DNA of 64,000 nt, taken from positions 2,873 to 66,872 of the forward strand of contig NZ_DATMYD010000010.1 of NCBI RefSeq assembly GCF_035561155.1, in the 5' to 3' direction. This stretch comes from Sporomusa sp. (GTDB lineage: Bacteria > Bacillota > Negativicutes > Sporomusales > Sporomusaceae). Both the position numbers and the translations under genes were made by a program. The notes beneath the pieces are model-generated. The model searched no databases. It worked only from the letters and a program-made list of their open reading frames with translations, and was not told the DNA's origin. This document shows positions 1 to 9,494 of this stretch, piece after piece; positions within the stretch are counted from its first letter, which is position 1, and every line of letters starts with the position of its first letter.

Positions 1-1
1 T

Positions 2-1450
2 ATGAAACGTTACGGTCTAGCCATAAGCCTTATTGCACTGCTGATTATTATGATCCTGCCCACGCCTGACGGCCTACCGGTAGCCGGACAGCGGATGCTC
101 GGTATCTTACTGTTTTCTATTATCATATGGATGACTGACGCCATTTCGTATCCGGTCAGCGCAGCCATTATTATGGCACTTATGTCCTTTTTACTGGGAA
201 TGTCTCCGGATGTAGCCAACCCTAAAGAACTGCTGGGTACAACTAAAGCGCTTACGCTGGCACTCGGCGGGTTTAGCAATACAGCCCTGGCTCTTGTCGG
301 CGGCGCGCTGTTTATCGCGGCAGCCATGATGCAGACCGGGCTGGACCGCCGTATCGCCTTAGTGGTACTTTCCAAGATCGGCGCTAAAACGAACCGCGTT
401 CTTGCCGGGGTTATCCTGGTTGGCTTTATTCTAAGCTTCTTTGTCCCCAGCACGACTGCCCGTGTCTCATGTATGGTACCTATTGTCATGGGTATTATCC
501 TGGCGTTTGGAGTAGATAAAAAGAGCCGGTTTGCTGCCGTCATGATGATTGCCACCGCGCAAGCCGACAGCATCTGGAACGTTGGCATTAAAACAGCGGC
601 CGCCCAAAACATGATTGCTATGGGCTTCATCGAAAAGCAACTTGGCAAATATATTACCTGGCTGGATTGGTTCGTTGCCGCTGCCCCCTTTGCTCTAATC
701 ATGTCGATTGTCTTGTATTATGTGCTGCTCAAGCTTATACCGCCCGAAACAGAAGAGGTTGCAGGTGGCAAAGAAGCGATCGCCCGCGCTTTAAGCGAGC
801 TTGGCCCTATGACACTGTCTGAGAAAAAGCTAATGGCTATGTCGGTCCTGCTTTTGTTTTTCTGGTCCACTGAAAAAATCGTGCATCCCTTTGATACTTC
901 CTCCACAACCATTGCCGCCATCGCCCTCATGCTCCTGCCCGGTATTGGGGTCATGACCTGGAAACAGGCTCAGGAGAAAATCCCCTGGGGTACGCTCATT
1001 TTATTTGGCGTCGGCATCAGCCTGGGGTCAGCGCTGCTTAGCACTAAAGCAGCCGCTTGGCTGGCTAAAATTATTGTTGGTCTGTTTGGCCTGCAGACTA
1101 TGCCGGCCCTTATTATCCTGGCCGTTATTGCCGCTTTCCTCATTATTATCCATCTTGGTTTTGCCAGCGCTACCGCTTTGGCTGCTGCCATGATTCCTAT
1201 CATTATTACTATCTTGCAAAGCGTCAAAACACCGGGGATCAATGTGGTCGGTATGACCATGATTTTGCAATATGTCGTCAGCTTCGGTTTTATTCTGCCG
1301 GTAAATGCCCCGCAAAACATGGTGGCCTATGGTACCGAAACCTTCGAGGTGCGGGACTTTATTAAGACAGGTATTCCGCTTACCATTATTGCTTATTTGC
1401 TTATTCTACTTTTAGGTGCTACCTATTGGAAGTGGCTGGGCTTGGTATAA
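2..1450 (+). CDS. DASS family divalent anion:Na+ symporter (di/tricarboxylate or sulfate transporter)
   Basis: Highly hydrophobic 482 aa; TGLDRRIAL, VPSTTAR and ILPVNAPQN motifs typical of the SLC13/DASS family; start is at the window edge. Confidence 0.9.
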   Translation: MKRYGLAISLIALLIIMILPTPDGLPVAGQRMLGILLFSIIIWMTDAISYPVSAAIIMALMSFLLGMSPDVANPKELLGTTKALTLALGGFSNTALALVGGALFIAAAMMQTGLDRRIALVVLSKIGAKTNRVLAGVILVGFILSFFVPSTTARVSCMVPIVMGIILAFGVDKKSRFAAVMMIATAQADSIWNVGIKTAAAQNMIAMGFIEKQLGKYITWLDWFVAAAPFALIMSIVLYYVLLKLIPPETEEVAGGKEAIARALSELGPMTLSEKKLMAMSVLLLFFWSTEKIVHPFDTSSTTIAAIALMLLPGIGVMTWKQAQEKIPWGTLILFGVGISLGSALLSTKAAAWLAKIIVGLFGLQTMPALIILAVIAAFLIIIHLGFASATALAAAMIPIIITILQSVKTPGINVVGMTMILQYVVSFGFILPVNAPQNMVAYGTETFEVRDFIKTGIPLTIIAYLLILLLGATYWKWLGLV

Positions 1451-1473
1451 AGAGCGACTTAGTAAAACAAAAC

Positions 1474-1556
1474 AGCGAGATCGCCACGCTGAGCTTGCGA
1501 TGACGGGAAGTACACAATCCGGGGCCGTCATGCGAAAACAGTGCTGCAATCTCGCT
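1474..1556. repeat. REP-like palindromic element (GCGAGATCGC...GCAATCTCGC), likely also a terminator between convergent genes
   Basis: Inverted ends agcgagatcgc/gcaatctcgct followed by a T-run; related shorter hairpin at 19495-19523. Confidence 0.6.
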
Positions 1557-1571
1557 TTTTTTCATTGTGGC

Positions 1572-2441
1572 TTATTTGTCAATATAAGTAATGGCACTAA
1601 GTACCGCAACCAGTCCCTCACCGGTGGCTTTGGCAATCTGCCAGGGTTTACCTGTGCAATCGCCTGCGGCAAACACACCAGGAATATTTGTTGACATGTC
1701 CCGATTTACCTTAATCACTTCACCATCAAGTTCCAGGCCTGGCAACAGGTTTTCAACCGGGTCAGACTGACGCATGATAAATACGCCATGGACTTTCAAT
1801 TCTTCTTGATCAGTTACCAGCTTCTCTACCTGGCCATCACCGGCAATTGCCTTAGGCTTGGCTGACAGCACCTTAACAGGTGAACGCATATGGCCAAAGT
1901 CGCCTTTATACTGCGGCAGATAATACACGTTACGGCAGAGCTCTCCCAAAAAGGCTGTCTCATGTTCACCCTCTTGAGTATAGGAGATGACTGCTACATC
2001 CCGCCCTTCAAACATACGCCCGTCACAGGTAGCACAGTAGCTGACCCCTCGCCCAAGCAGATCGCGTTCCCCTTCAAACAGCAATGTACTCACTACGCCT
2101 GTAGCAAAAATAACAGCCTTGGCTTCATACGTATTTTTGGGCGTGAGAAGGGTAAACACGTCGTCTCCCGGAAATACGTTGAGCACTTTTTCCTTAATAA
2201 GTGTAGGCCCATGTGCTAGCGCATGACCGGCAAAATGCTGCATTAAACCTTTGCCAGTTACCTCTGGTAATCCCAGGTAATTGTCTACTAAATGGGCTTT
2301 TTGCAGCTTCTGGCTAAAATCAAGATGTTCAAACAGCGCGATATTTTTGTTGCGGATGCGCCCTGTCAGTACTGCAGACAACCCAGCCGGGCCGCCGCCA
2401 ATAACGGCAATATCAAACTTATTGTCCTCGGCCATATCCAT
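1572..2441 (-). CDS. Thioredoxin-reductase-like NAD(P)/FAD-dependent oxidoreductase
   Basis: IGGGPAG FAD motif, GVSYCATCDG redox CxxC, TNIPGVFAAGD. Confidence 0.9.
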   Translation of the reverse strand: MDMAEDNKFDIAVIGGGPAGLSAVLTGRIRNKNIALFEHLDFSQKLQKAHLVDNYLGLPEVTGKGLMQHFAGHALAHGPTLIKEKVLNVFPGDDVFTLLTPKNTYEAKAVIFATGVVSTLLFEGERDLLGRGVSYCATCDGRMFEGRDVAVISYTQEGEHETAFLGELCRNVYYLPQYKGDFGHMRSPVKVLSAKPKAIAGDGQVEKLVTDQEELKVHGVFIMRQSDPVENLLPGLELDGEVIKVNRDMSTNIPGVFAAGDCTGKPWQIAKATGEGLVAVLSAITYIDK

Positions 2442-2452
2442 TCCTCCTTGTA

Positions 2453-3460
2453 TTAACCGAGGTCTTGGGCCACTTTCTTCATACGTTCACGAATGGGCAG
2501 GTTGTATGGACAGCGGGCTTCACACTCGCCGCATTCGACACACTCAGAAGCTTTGACCTTAAGACCTTTATACCGCTCCGGAATTGCGGTCTTCATATCA
2601 TATCTTGTATATTGAAGGTGTAAAATAAACATGGCCGGAATCTCAATTCCTACCACACAAGGCGTACAGTACCCACAACGACGGCAAAAATTAGAGCCGA
2701 GTGCTTCCGCTTCGGCAGTCAGTTTCGCTGTTTCCTCAGCATTCAAAGGAGTAAAGTCTTTCGTCGGTGCCAGATTCTGTTCAATGTGTTCAACCCGATC
2801 CATGCCCGGAATTGCCACAACATCATCGTGCTGAAGAACAAAACGTAAAGCTAAATCAACATGATCAATCAGTCCGCCTCCCAGCGGCTTCATTACAATA
2901 ACACCTACATCCAGTGATTTGGCTAACGGGAACAGCTCTTTCGCAGCACCTTGCTCGACACAATTGAAAGGCACCTGCACAGTGCTGAACTCACCGGTTT
3001 TAACCGCCCTGACCAGTAAGTCGAGATTATGCCCGGTTATGCCGATATTTCGAATTTTTCCGGCTGCTTTGGCCTCTTTAAGCGCTTCAAGCGCCCCACC
3101 CGGGGACATGATCTCGTTCCACTCCTGCTCTGCCTTGACATTGTGAAACTGATACAAATCGATGTAATCTGTCTTCATGGCTGCAAGACTAAGGTCAACG
3201 TCATGAGCCATGGCTGCTTTATTTCTAGCCATACTTTTAGTAGCAAGATAGTATTCACTACGCCGGCCAGACATATGTCTGCCGATTTTTTCCTCGCTGT
3301 CAGTATAGGCTCTGGCTGTATCAAAAAAATTAATGCCTGCATCTAATGCAGCGTTAAGCACCTCGCCAGCTTCTTCCATAGTGCAACGCTGCACCGGCAG
3401 TGCTCCAAAACTGATAGGCGTAACCATAAATCCGGTACGCCCTAAGCGCCTTTTCTCCAT
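2453..3460 (-). CDS. Aldo/keto reductase with C-terminal 4Fe-4S dicluster domain
   Basis: GINFFDTARAY, LATK, DYIDLYQFH; CRRCGYCTPC and CVECGECEARCP. Confidence 0.92.
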   Translation of the reverse strand: MEKRRLGRTGFMVTPISFGALPVQRCTMEEAGEVLNAALDAGINFFDTARAYTDSEEKIGRHMSGRRSEYYLATKSMARNKAAMAHDVDLSLAAMKTDYIDLYQFHNVKAEQEWNEIMSPGGALEALKEAKAAGKIRNIGITGHNLDLLVRAVKTGEFSTVQVPFNCVEQGAAKELFPLAKSLDVGVIVMKPLGGGLIDHVDLALRFVLQHDDVVAIPGMDRVEHIEQNLAPTKDFTPLNAEETAKLTAEAEALGSNFCRRCGYCTPCVVGIEIPAMFILHLQYTRYDMKTAIPERYKGLKVKASECVECGECEARCPYNLPIRERMKKVAQDLG

Positions 3461-3469
3461 AACTTCCTC

Positions 3470-4549
3470 CTATTGCAGTTGAGTTTCACCTGTTGTTTTA
3501 GTTAATTCCTGCAAGCGCTCACGGGCGTGGGCTGCTTCGGGTGCATCCTGATTGGCACCTGATAAAAAGTTCTTATAGGCAACAATAGCCTCATCCTTCC
3601 GGTTTTGAACTTCACAGCAGAGCGCCTTATTGTGGTAGGCAAGAACGTTACCGGGATTCAGTTCGGCCGCACGGGTAAAATCAGCGATGGCTTCGTCGTA
3701 AGCCTTTTGAGCAGCTTGCGCCACGCCCCGGAAAAAATACGGTCTGCCGTCTTCGGGGTCAAGTTCAATAGCACGGGTAAAGTCGGCTACAGCCTCACTG
3801 GTCTTGCCTTGCCCCAGATAAATGGACGCCCTGACGGCAATGGCTTGAATATGATCAGGCTCTAGCTCAATTACTTTATTGTAATCGGCCAAGGCCTCTT
3901 CATTCAGACTTAATTCATAGTAGGCTTGTCCCCGTTTAATCAGCGCGCCGGTTTCTTCAGGAAACCGCTCCAGTACCTTACTGTAGTCGGCAATGGCGAC
4001 CGAATATAGATTGCGGCCAACATATGCATCGCCCCTGTTTAAGTATGACCCCATATCTTCGGGTTCCAGTTCGATGGCTTTATTGAAATCATCAATAGCA
4101 TGCTCCAGCATCCTGTTGTTGAGATACAATACACCACGGTTGGCATAGTTAACCCAATCGCCTGGTTCATAAAGCATGGCTTTGGAATAGTCCAGAACGG
4201 CATTTTTTATATCATCAAGCATGGCATAAGCGCTGCCACGATAAGAATAGTAAGCAGCTTTTTTGGGGTTAAGTTCAATTGCCTTGGTGTAATCAGCAAG
4301 CGCTTGTTCAAAGTCGCTGGCAACAGCGGCTACTACTCCGCGCCAATAATAAGCGTCACTGTTATTCGGGTCTTCTGCCAGCACCTTAGTGCAGGCCGCC
4401 ACTATGTCGTCTGTTTGACCGGCTTGGTACAGTTCATACATTTGCTCCCCAAACTGGTTGTCCTCCGTACCACCGCAGCTTGAACAGCCACAGTCGCAAG
4501 CCGCACATGCGGCTTCATCACAACCTGTATCTTTATGCATATTAAACAT
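3470..4549 (-). CDS. TPR repeat protein with Cys-rich N-terminus
   Basis: About 8-9 TPR units (AYYWRG...ALADYTKAIELNP); N-terminal CDEAACAACDCGCSSCGG. Confidence 0.88.
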   Translation of the reverse strand: MFNMHKDTGCDEAACAACDCGCSSCGGTEDNQFGEQMYELYQAGQTDDIVAACTKVLAEDPNNSDAYYWRGVVAAVASDFEQALADYTKAIELNPKKAAYYSYRGSAYAMLDDIKNAVLDYSKAMLYEPGDWVNYANRGVLYLNNRMLEHAIDDFNKAIELEPEDMGSYLNRGDAYVGRNLYSVAIADYSKVLERFPEETGALIKRGQAYYELSLNEEALADYNKVIELEPDHIQAIAVRASIYLGQGKTSEAVADFTRAIELDPEDGRPYFFRGVAQAAQKAYDEAIADFTRAAELNPGNVLAYHNKALCCEVQNRKDEAIVAYKNFLSGANQDAPEAAHARERLQELTKTTGETQLQ

Positions 4550-4696
4550 CTCCCTTTCCGAATGTGCAAAATTGAATTACTATTAATTACTATATAATGT
4601 TCGCGTTTTCCATCTCCAACACCTGCTACTATTGCAAAAATTTGGGGACTATTAAGGCAACTTTCTGGCTGCTTTTAATATATAGATATCCTTATA

Positions 4697-5437
4697 TTAC
4701 TTGTTAATCATTTGTTTGTACTTGTACGGAGGCTGTTTTTCATATTTCAAGAACACTTTGTTAAAATAAGACGGGTCGGAAAACCCTAATTCTGCTGCTA
4801 TTCGATAGATAGGATAATTTGTATCGGCAAGCAGTTTTTTTGCTTTTTCAACTCTCAGTTTCATAACATAATTGGAAAAGGTTATGCCCATTTCCTTCTT
4901 GAAATATCGACTAAAGTATTGCGGGTTTAAGTGTACGAGTTCTGCCACAGCATTGAGCTTTATTTCTAAACAGTAATGGCGTTCTATATAATTTAATACG
5001 CTTTTGAGGATGTCTCTTTCAGTACCAGTGCTACTCTGACCTTTACTTACCACTGATATAGCTTTAGTTAATGAAACAATAGCTGAATCAATAGCCTTTA
5101 CTAACTCCTCAGGTCTTACAGGTTTTAAAAGATAATCAGCAACTCCGTTTTTTATAGCTTCCTGTGCATAGTCAAATTCACTGTATGCTGTTAAAATAAT
5201 AGTCTTTACATTGGGTACAATTTTTACTATTCGTTTCTGAGCCTCAAGACCAGATATTTCAGGGATTCTAATATCCATGAGGATTATATCAGGCCGATAA
5301 AGCTTGGCTTTCTCAATTGCTTCGGTTCCGTTTTTTGCATCTTCTAAAATATCAATATTGAAATACTGTCTCTGAATTATTTTTCGCAGTGCCCTTCTTT
5401 CTAATGGTACATCTTCTACAATCAGCAGTTTATACAT
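4697..5437 (-). CDS. Response regulator, REC + AraC HTH (YesN-like)
   Basis: LLIVED, DIILMDIRIP, DYLLKP; AraC motifs LNPQYFSRYFK and GFSDPSYF. Confidence 0.93.
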   Translation of the reverse strand: MYKLLIVEDVPLERRALRKIIQRQYFNIDILEDAKNGTEAIEKAKLYRPDIILMDIRIPEISGLEAQKRIVKIVPNVKTIILTAYSEFDYAQEAIKNGVADYLLKPVRPEELVKAIDSAIVSLTKAISVVSKGQSSTGTERDILKSVLNYIERHYCLEIKLNAVAELVHLNPQYFSRYFKKEMGITFSNYVMKLRVEKAKKLLADTNYPIYRIAAELGFSDPSYFNKVFLKYEKQPPYKYKQMINK

Positions 5438-5455
5438 TTTAATACCGTCCTCTTA

Positions 5456-6676
5456 TCAAGAATACTCTTGAACACAAGGAATACGAATGGAAACGCAGGT
5501 ACCAACATTAGGCGCACTTTCAATTGTCAGCCCACAGCGCTCGCCGAAATAGTGCCTCAGGCGGTCATATGTGTTTACTAGACCAATTCCCAACTCTTTA
5601 TTTGAATTTATTCCTGTTTGGCGTATTAAATTCAGTACTTCACCCTTAATGCCTTTACCATTATCCGTAATTTTTATTTCTAATTCACGCTCTGAAATCA
5701 GCCGTCCAACAATTTCTATTTTTCCGCCCTCCCTTTTGGTCTCAAGTCCGTGGATCATGCTGTTCTCAACAATAGGCTGCAGAATCATTGACGGAATTCG
5801 GTAGTCCATAATAGACTCATCAATGTCAATTTCATAACTTATTCTATCACTATAACTTTGGCTTTGGATAAATAGGTATTTATTTATATTGCTGATATCA
5901 TCACGAATTTTAGGGAAATTATCCTCATTTTTTAAGTTATATCTTAATAGATCAGACAAGCTATAGATCAATTCCTCAGTTTGCGACGCATTTTCAAGCA
6001 AAGCCATACGGGCAATTGAATTCAACGTATTAAACAAAAAATGAGGATGCATTTGAGCCTTAATTGTTTTCAGCTTCATTTGTCTTGCCTTTTGTTCAAG
6101 CAGTATTTTCTCTTGCGCCTCCATCAGTAATTGCTCTTTCGCTAGTCGGTTGACACCTATTTGATCTATATAATTAGCCAACAACGAATAGCATTCGACA
6201 GAGTCTTGCAATTGTTCACGGGAAATTACCGGAATAAACTCAACTGCCACCTTGAGTACATCGAGCGAAATGTCAAATTGTCTAGAGATTCGTTCTATAT
6301 CAATTGAGTCTCTGGTTTTTTCGCCTTTAAGCAGTACTTGACCGCCTAAGACAGAGCCCACATGATAATCGTTTACTATTATCGGAGCGGCACAATCAAT
6401 AAGCCCGGTATGACATGTATAGATTCTGCGTTGTTTTTCTTCCATGGCTAACCGGCCAGCTTGCCGGTCACACACCATACATTGCTGAGAGCCTTTGGGT
6501 GAGGAACGGATGAGCCTGCAAAAAGGGATGAAGTTACTGATTTTTCCGACAGGAATCCCTTCCGTGTCTGTGGTTATTTGGGGGATATCAATTAATTTCC
6601 CCATTTTTTCCTGAATACCGTGAAGTGTATTCATATCAATAATATCCGTTAATTTCATTTTTTCCGCTAGCTTCAT
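5456..6676 (-). CDS. Cytoplasmic sensor histidine kinase with PocR ligand-binding domain (LytS/YesM-type kinase)
   Basis: PocR motifs FCRLIR...CMVCD...YTCHTGL...APII...GGQV; QMHPHFLFNTLN; LQPIVEN; ITDNGKG; GIGL. Confidence 0.9.
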   Translation of the reverse strand: MKLAEKMKLTDIIDMNTLHGIQEKMGKLIDIPQITTDTEGIPVGKISNFIPFCRLIRSSPKGSQQCMVCDRQAGRLAMEEKQRRIYTCHTGLIDCAAPIIVNDYHVGSVLGGQVLLKGEKTRDSIDIERISRQFDISLDVLKVAVEFIPVISREQLQDSVECYSLLANYIDQIGVNRLAKEQLLMEAQEKILLEQKARQMKLKTIKAQMHPHFLFNTLNSIARMALLENASQTEELIYSLSDLLRYNLKNEDNFPKIRDDISNINKYLFIQSQSYSDRISYEIDIDESIMDYRIPSMILQPIVENSMIHGLETKREGGKIEIVGRLISERELEIKITDNGKGIKGEVLNLIRQTGINSNKELGIGLVNTYDRLRHYFGERCGLTIESAPNVGTCVSIRIPCVQEYS

Positions 6677-6876
6677 CGTAACAGGCCCTCCTTATCTTGC
6701 AAATAAGCAATTGGCAACTAAGTTTCAGACTGTTAGATCAACTTGTTAATTCATTGAATATTATAGCATTTTTTCAGGGATATCGAATGGATTTTATTGC
6801 TAATTTATAAAGATCATTTTTTTACACTTTTTCTATGCTCACAGCAATTATCTTTTAATGTAAGCTTCCTTGAATA

Positions 6877-6962
6877 GTCAAAATAGTACAATAAATAGAG
6901 TAGATATATTCCAATATTAGGTCAAAATAATCAAAATTACTTTTTATACTTAGTGCTAGAAT
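6877..6962 (+). promoter_or_regulatory. Putative AraC-type regulator direct repeats and extended -10 of the GRE promoter
   Basis: GTCAAAATA at 6877 and 6921 (44 bp apart) with a degenerate copy between; TGcTAGAAT at 6954-6962; no good -35. Confidence 0.5.
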
Positions 6963-6993
6963 TAAACTACATCATATAAGGGAGGTAAAAATA

Positions 6994-9399
6994 ATGGCAA
7001 GTCCGGCGATCAAGTTTGAACCACAAAAAACTCCTTCGGCTATTTCGTCCCGCGCAGGTTTATTAAAAGATCGATTATTAAGCATTACTCCTGAAATTTG
7101 CTATGAACGTGCCGAACTAATCACTGAATCTTACAAAGAGACAGAAGGGATGCCGATTATTTTACGGCGGGCCAAAGCTCTTGAGAAAATTTTGGAGAAA
7201 ATGGTTATTCGCATTCAGCCTGATGAACTGATTGTTGGCAATCACACGCCCAAACCGCGCAGTTCACCTATTTTCCCTGAGTTTTCTTTTGCTTGGATCG
7301 AAGCTGAATTTGATCGTTTAGCCCAGCGTGCCGGTGATGTATTTTTAATCTCTGACGAGTGTAAAGAAAAATTAAGTACCGTTTTTAAATATTGGCAAGG
7401 TAAAACAACCCAAGAATATGCTGCTAATCTTATGCCCGCAGACGCCAAAGCAGCTCAAACCAACGGTGTGTTTACGGTCGGAAACTACTTTTTCCTTGGC
7501 GTTGGCCATATTTGTGTAGACTACGGCATGGTTCTGCAAAAAGGCTATTTGGGTATAAAGGCTGATGTCCTTAAGGAAAAACTCAAGCTTGATCTTACCA
7601 ATCCGGAAGACTTAAAGAAATCACAATTCCTGCAGGCAGTTGAGATTGCTTGTGACGCCGCAATTAGTTTTGCCGCCCGGTTTGCAGATGAAGCTGAAAA
7701 ACAAGCCCAGACTGAAACCAATGCCCAACGTAAACAGGAATTACTGACAATTGCCGCAAACTGCCGCAAGGTTCCGGCAAACCCTGCACAAACCTTCTAT
7801 GAGTCATTGCAGTCCTTCTGGTTCGTCCAGCTAATCATTCAGTTAGAATCAAATGGTCATTCTATTTCCCCCGGCCGGTTTGATATGTATATGTATCCTT
7901 ATTACAAAAAAGATGTTATGTCGGGTAAACTGACGCCAGAACAGGCTATGGAATTAATCGAATGCCTGTGGGTAAAATTCAACGAGATTAATAAAGTTCG
8001 TGACGAGGCTTCTACTAAAGCCTTTGGCGGATATCCCATGTTCCAGAACCTAATTGTGGGTGGACAAACCACCGATGGCCGCGATAGTACTAACGAATTA
8101 TCTTACTTATGTCTGGAAGCTACCGAAAATGTTCGTCTTCCTCAGCCATCACTGTCTATTCGCTTTCATCAGGGCACGCCGCAGAAGTTCTTGATTAAAT
8201 CCAGTGAAGTCGCTGCTCTGGGTCTAGGTATGCCTGCGATGTATAATGATCATGTCATTATTCCTTCGCTAGCCGCCAGAGGAGTATCTTTGGAAGATGC
8301 CCGTGATTATTGTGTCATTGGTTGTGTTGAACCGCAAAAAGGCGGTAAGACCGAAGGTTGGCATGACGCGGCTTTCTTTAGTCTGGCAAAATGCCTGGAG
8401 TTGGCATTAAATGACGGTGTTGATCCTATTTCCGGCGTTCAACTGGGCCTCAAGACTGGAACACTTGCGACAATGCCCACTTTTGATGAGGTTATGGATG
8501 CTTACCGCACACAAATAGAGTATTTTGTTAAATTGCTGGTCATTAGTAACAACTGCTGCGATATTGCTCATGGCAGCATATGTCCATTACCCCTCTTGTC
8601 CTCCATGGTTCAGGATTGTGTAGTCAAAGGCAAGTCTCTGCAAGAAGGTGGCGCCCATTATAATTTCACCGGGCCGCAGGGTGTTGGGGTAGCCAATGTC
8701 GGCGATGCACTAGTAGCGTTAAAGAAACTGGTTTATGCTGAAGAGGTCATTAGCAGAACAACGTTAGCTGATGCACTCAATAAAAATTGGACCGGCTACG
8801 AAAATGAACGTCAGGTAATGTTAAACCAAGCGCCTAAGTTCGGCAATGATGATGATGCCGCTGATGAACTTGCCCGCTTAGCTGCTCGAATCTATTGCGA
8901 AGAAGTTGAAAAGTATACCAACCCGCGCGGCGGCCAATTCCAGGCTGGACTATACCCTGTTTCGGCCAATGTTCCTTTAGGCGCAGTCGTTGGAGCTTTA
9001 CCTGATGGACGACTCTCTGGCACACCGCTCGCTGATGGCGTTTCTCCGGTATCTGGCCGGGATATTAAAGGCCCAACGGCTGCCGCTAAATCTGTAGCCA
9101 AACTTGACCATGAGATTGCGTCAAACGGTACTCTGTTTAACCAAAAGTTCCTTCCCAACGCCTTAAAAGGTGAGGCTGGTCTAGGAAATCTCGCAGCCCT
9201 GATACGCAGTTACTTCAGTCTGGGCGGCTTACATGTACAATTCAACGTCATTAGTAAAGAAACACTGGAGGACGCTCAGCGTAATCCGGAACAATACCGC
9301 GGCTTGGTAGTCCGGGTCGCAGGGTACAGCGCCTTCTTTACCTCTCTTGACAAGAGCCTCCAAGAAGATATTATCGCCAGAACTGAACACGATTTTTAG
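6994..9399 (+). CDS. Glycyl radical enzyme, B12-independent 1,2-diol (propanediol-type) dehydratase
   Basis: Cys loop GCVEP, Gly loop VRVAGYSA, dehydratase motifs GNYFFLGVGH, ESNGHS, GWHDAAF, GGYPMFQN, GLYPVSAN; RBS GGAGG. Confidence 0.88.
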   Translation: MASPAIKFEPQKTPSAISSRAGLLKDRLLSITPEICYERAELITESYKETEGMPIILRRAKALEKILEKMVIRIQPDELIVGNHTPKPRSSPIFPEFSFAWIEAEFDRLAQRAGDVFLISDECKEKLSTVFKYWQGKTTQEYAANLMPADAKAAQTNGVFTVGNYFFLGVGHICVDYGMVLQKGYLGIKADVLKEKLKLDLTNPEDLKKSQFLQAVEIACDAAISFAARFADEAEKQAQTETNAQRKQELLTIAANCRKVPANPAQTFYESLQSFWFVQLIIQLESNGHSISPGRFDMYMYPYYKKDVMSGKLTPEQAMELIECLWVKFNEINKVRDEASTKAFGGYPMFQNLIVGGQTTDGRDSTNELSYLCLEATENVRLPQPSLSIRFHQGTPQKFLIKSSEVAALGLGMPAMYNDHVIIPSLAARGVSLEDARDYCVIGCVEPQKGGKTEGWHDAAFFSLAKCLELALNDGVDPISGVQLGLKTGTLATMPTFDEVMDAYRTQIEYFVKLLVISNNCCDIAHGSICPLPLLSSMVQDCVVKGKSLQEGGAHYNFTGPQGVGVANVGDALVALKKLVYAEEVISRTTLADALNKNWTGYENERQVMLNQAPKFGNDDDAADELARLAARIYCEEVEKYTNPRGGQFQAGLYPVSANVPLGAVVGALPDGRLSGTPLADGVSPVSGRDIKGPTAAAKSVAKLDHEIASNGTLFNQKFLPNALKGEAGLGNLAALIRSYFSLGGLHVQFNVISKETLEDAQRNPEQYRGLVVRVAGYSAFFTSLDKSLQEDIIARTEHDF

Positions 9400-9409
9400 T
9401 AGCAGAAAA

Positions 9410-9445
9410 AGTTTTGGGAGCAGATTCTTTTCTGCTCCCAAAACT
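9410..9445. terminator. Strong intergenic hairpin between the GRE and its activase
   Basis: agttttgggagcaga / tctgctcccaaaact 15-bp perfect inverted repeat. Confidence 0.6.
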
Positions 9446-9494
9446 ATCAACTAAGTATTTGTTTTTTACGGCAACGGGAGGGAGGGAATCTACT

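Noticed and set aside
6994-9399. Pyruvate formate-lyase or choline TMA-lyase
   Set aside because: Single-Cys GCVEP loop rather than the PFL CC motif, and diol-dehydratase motifs (GHS, WHD) rather than CutC motifs
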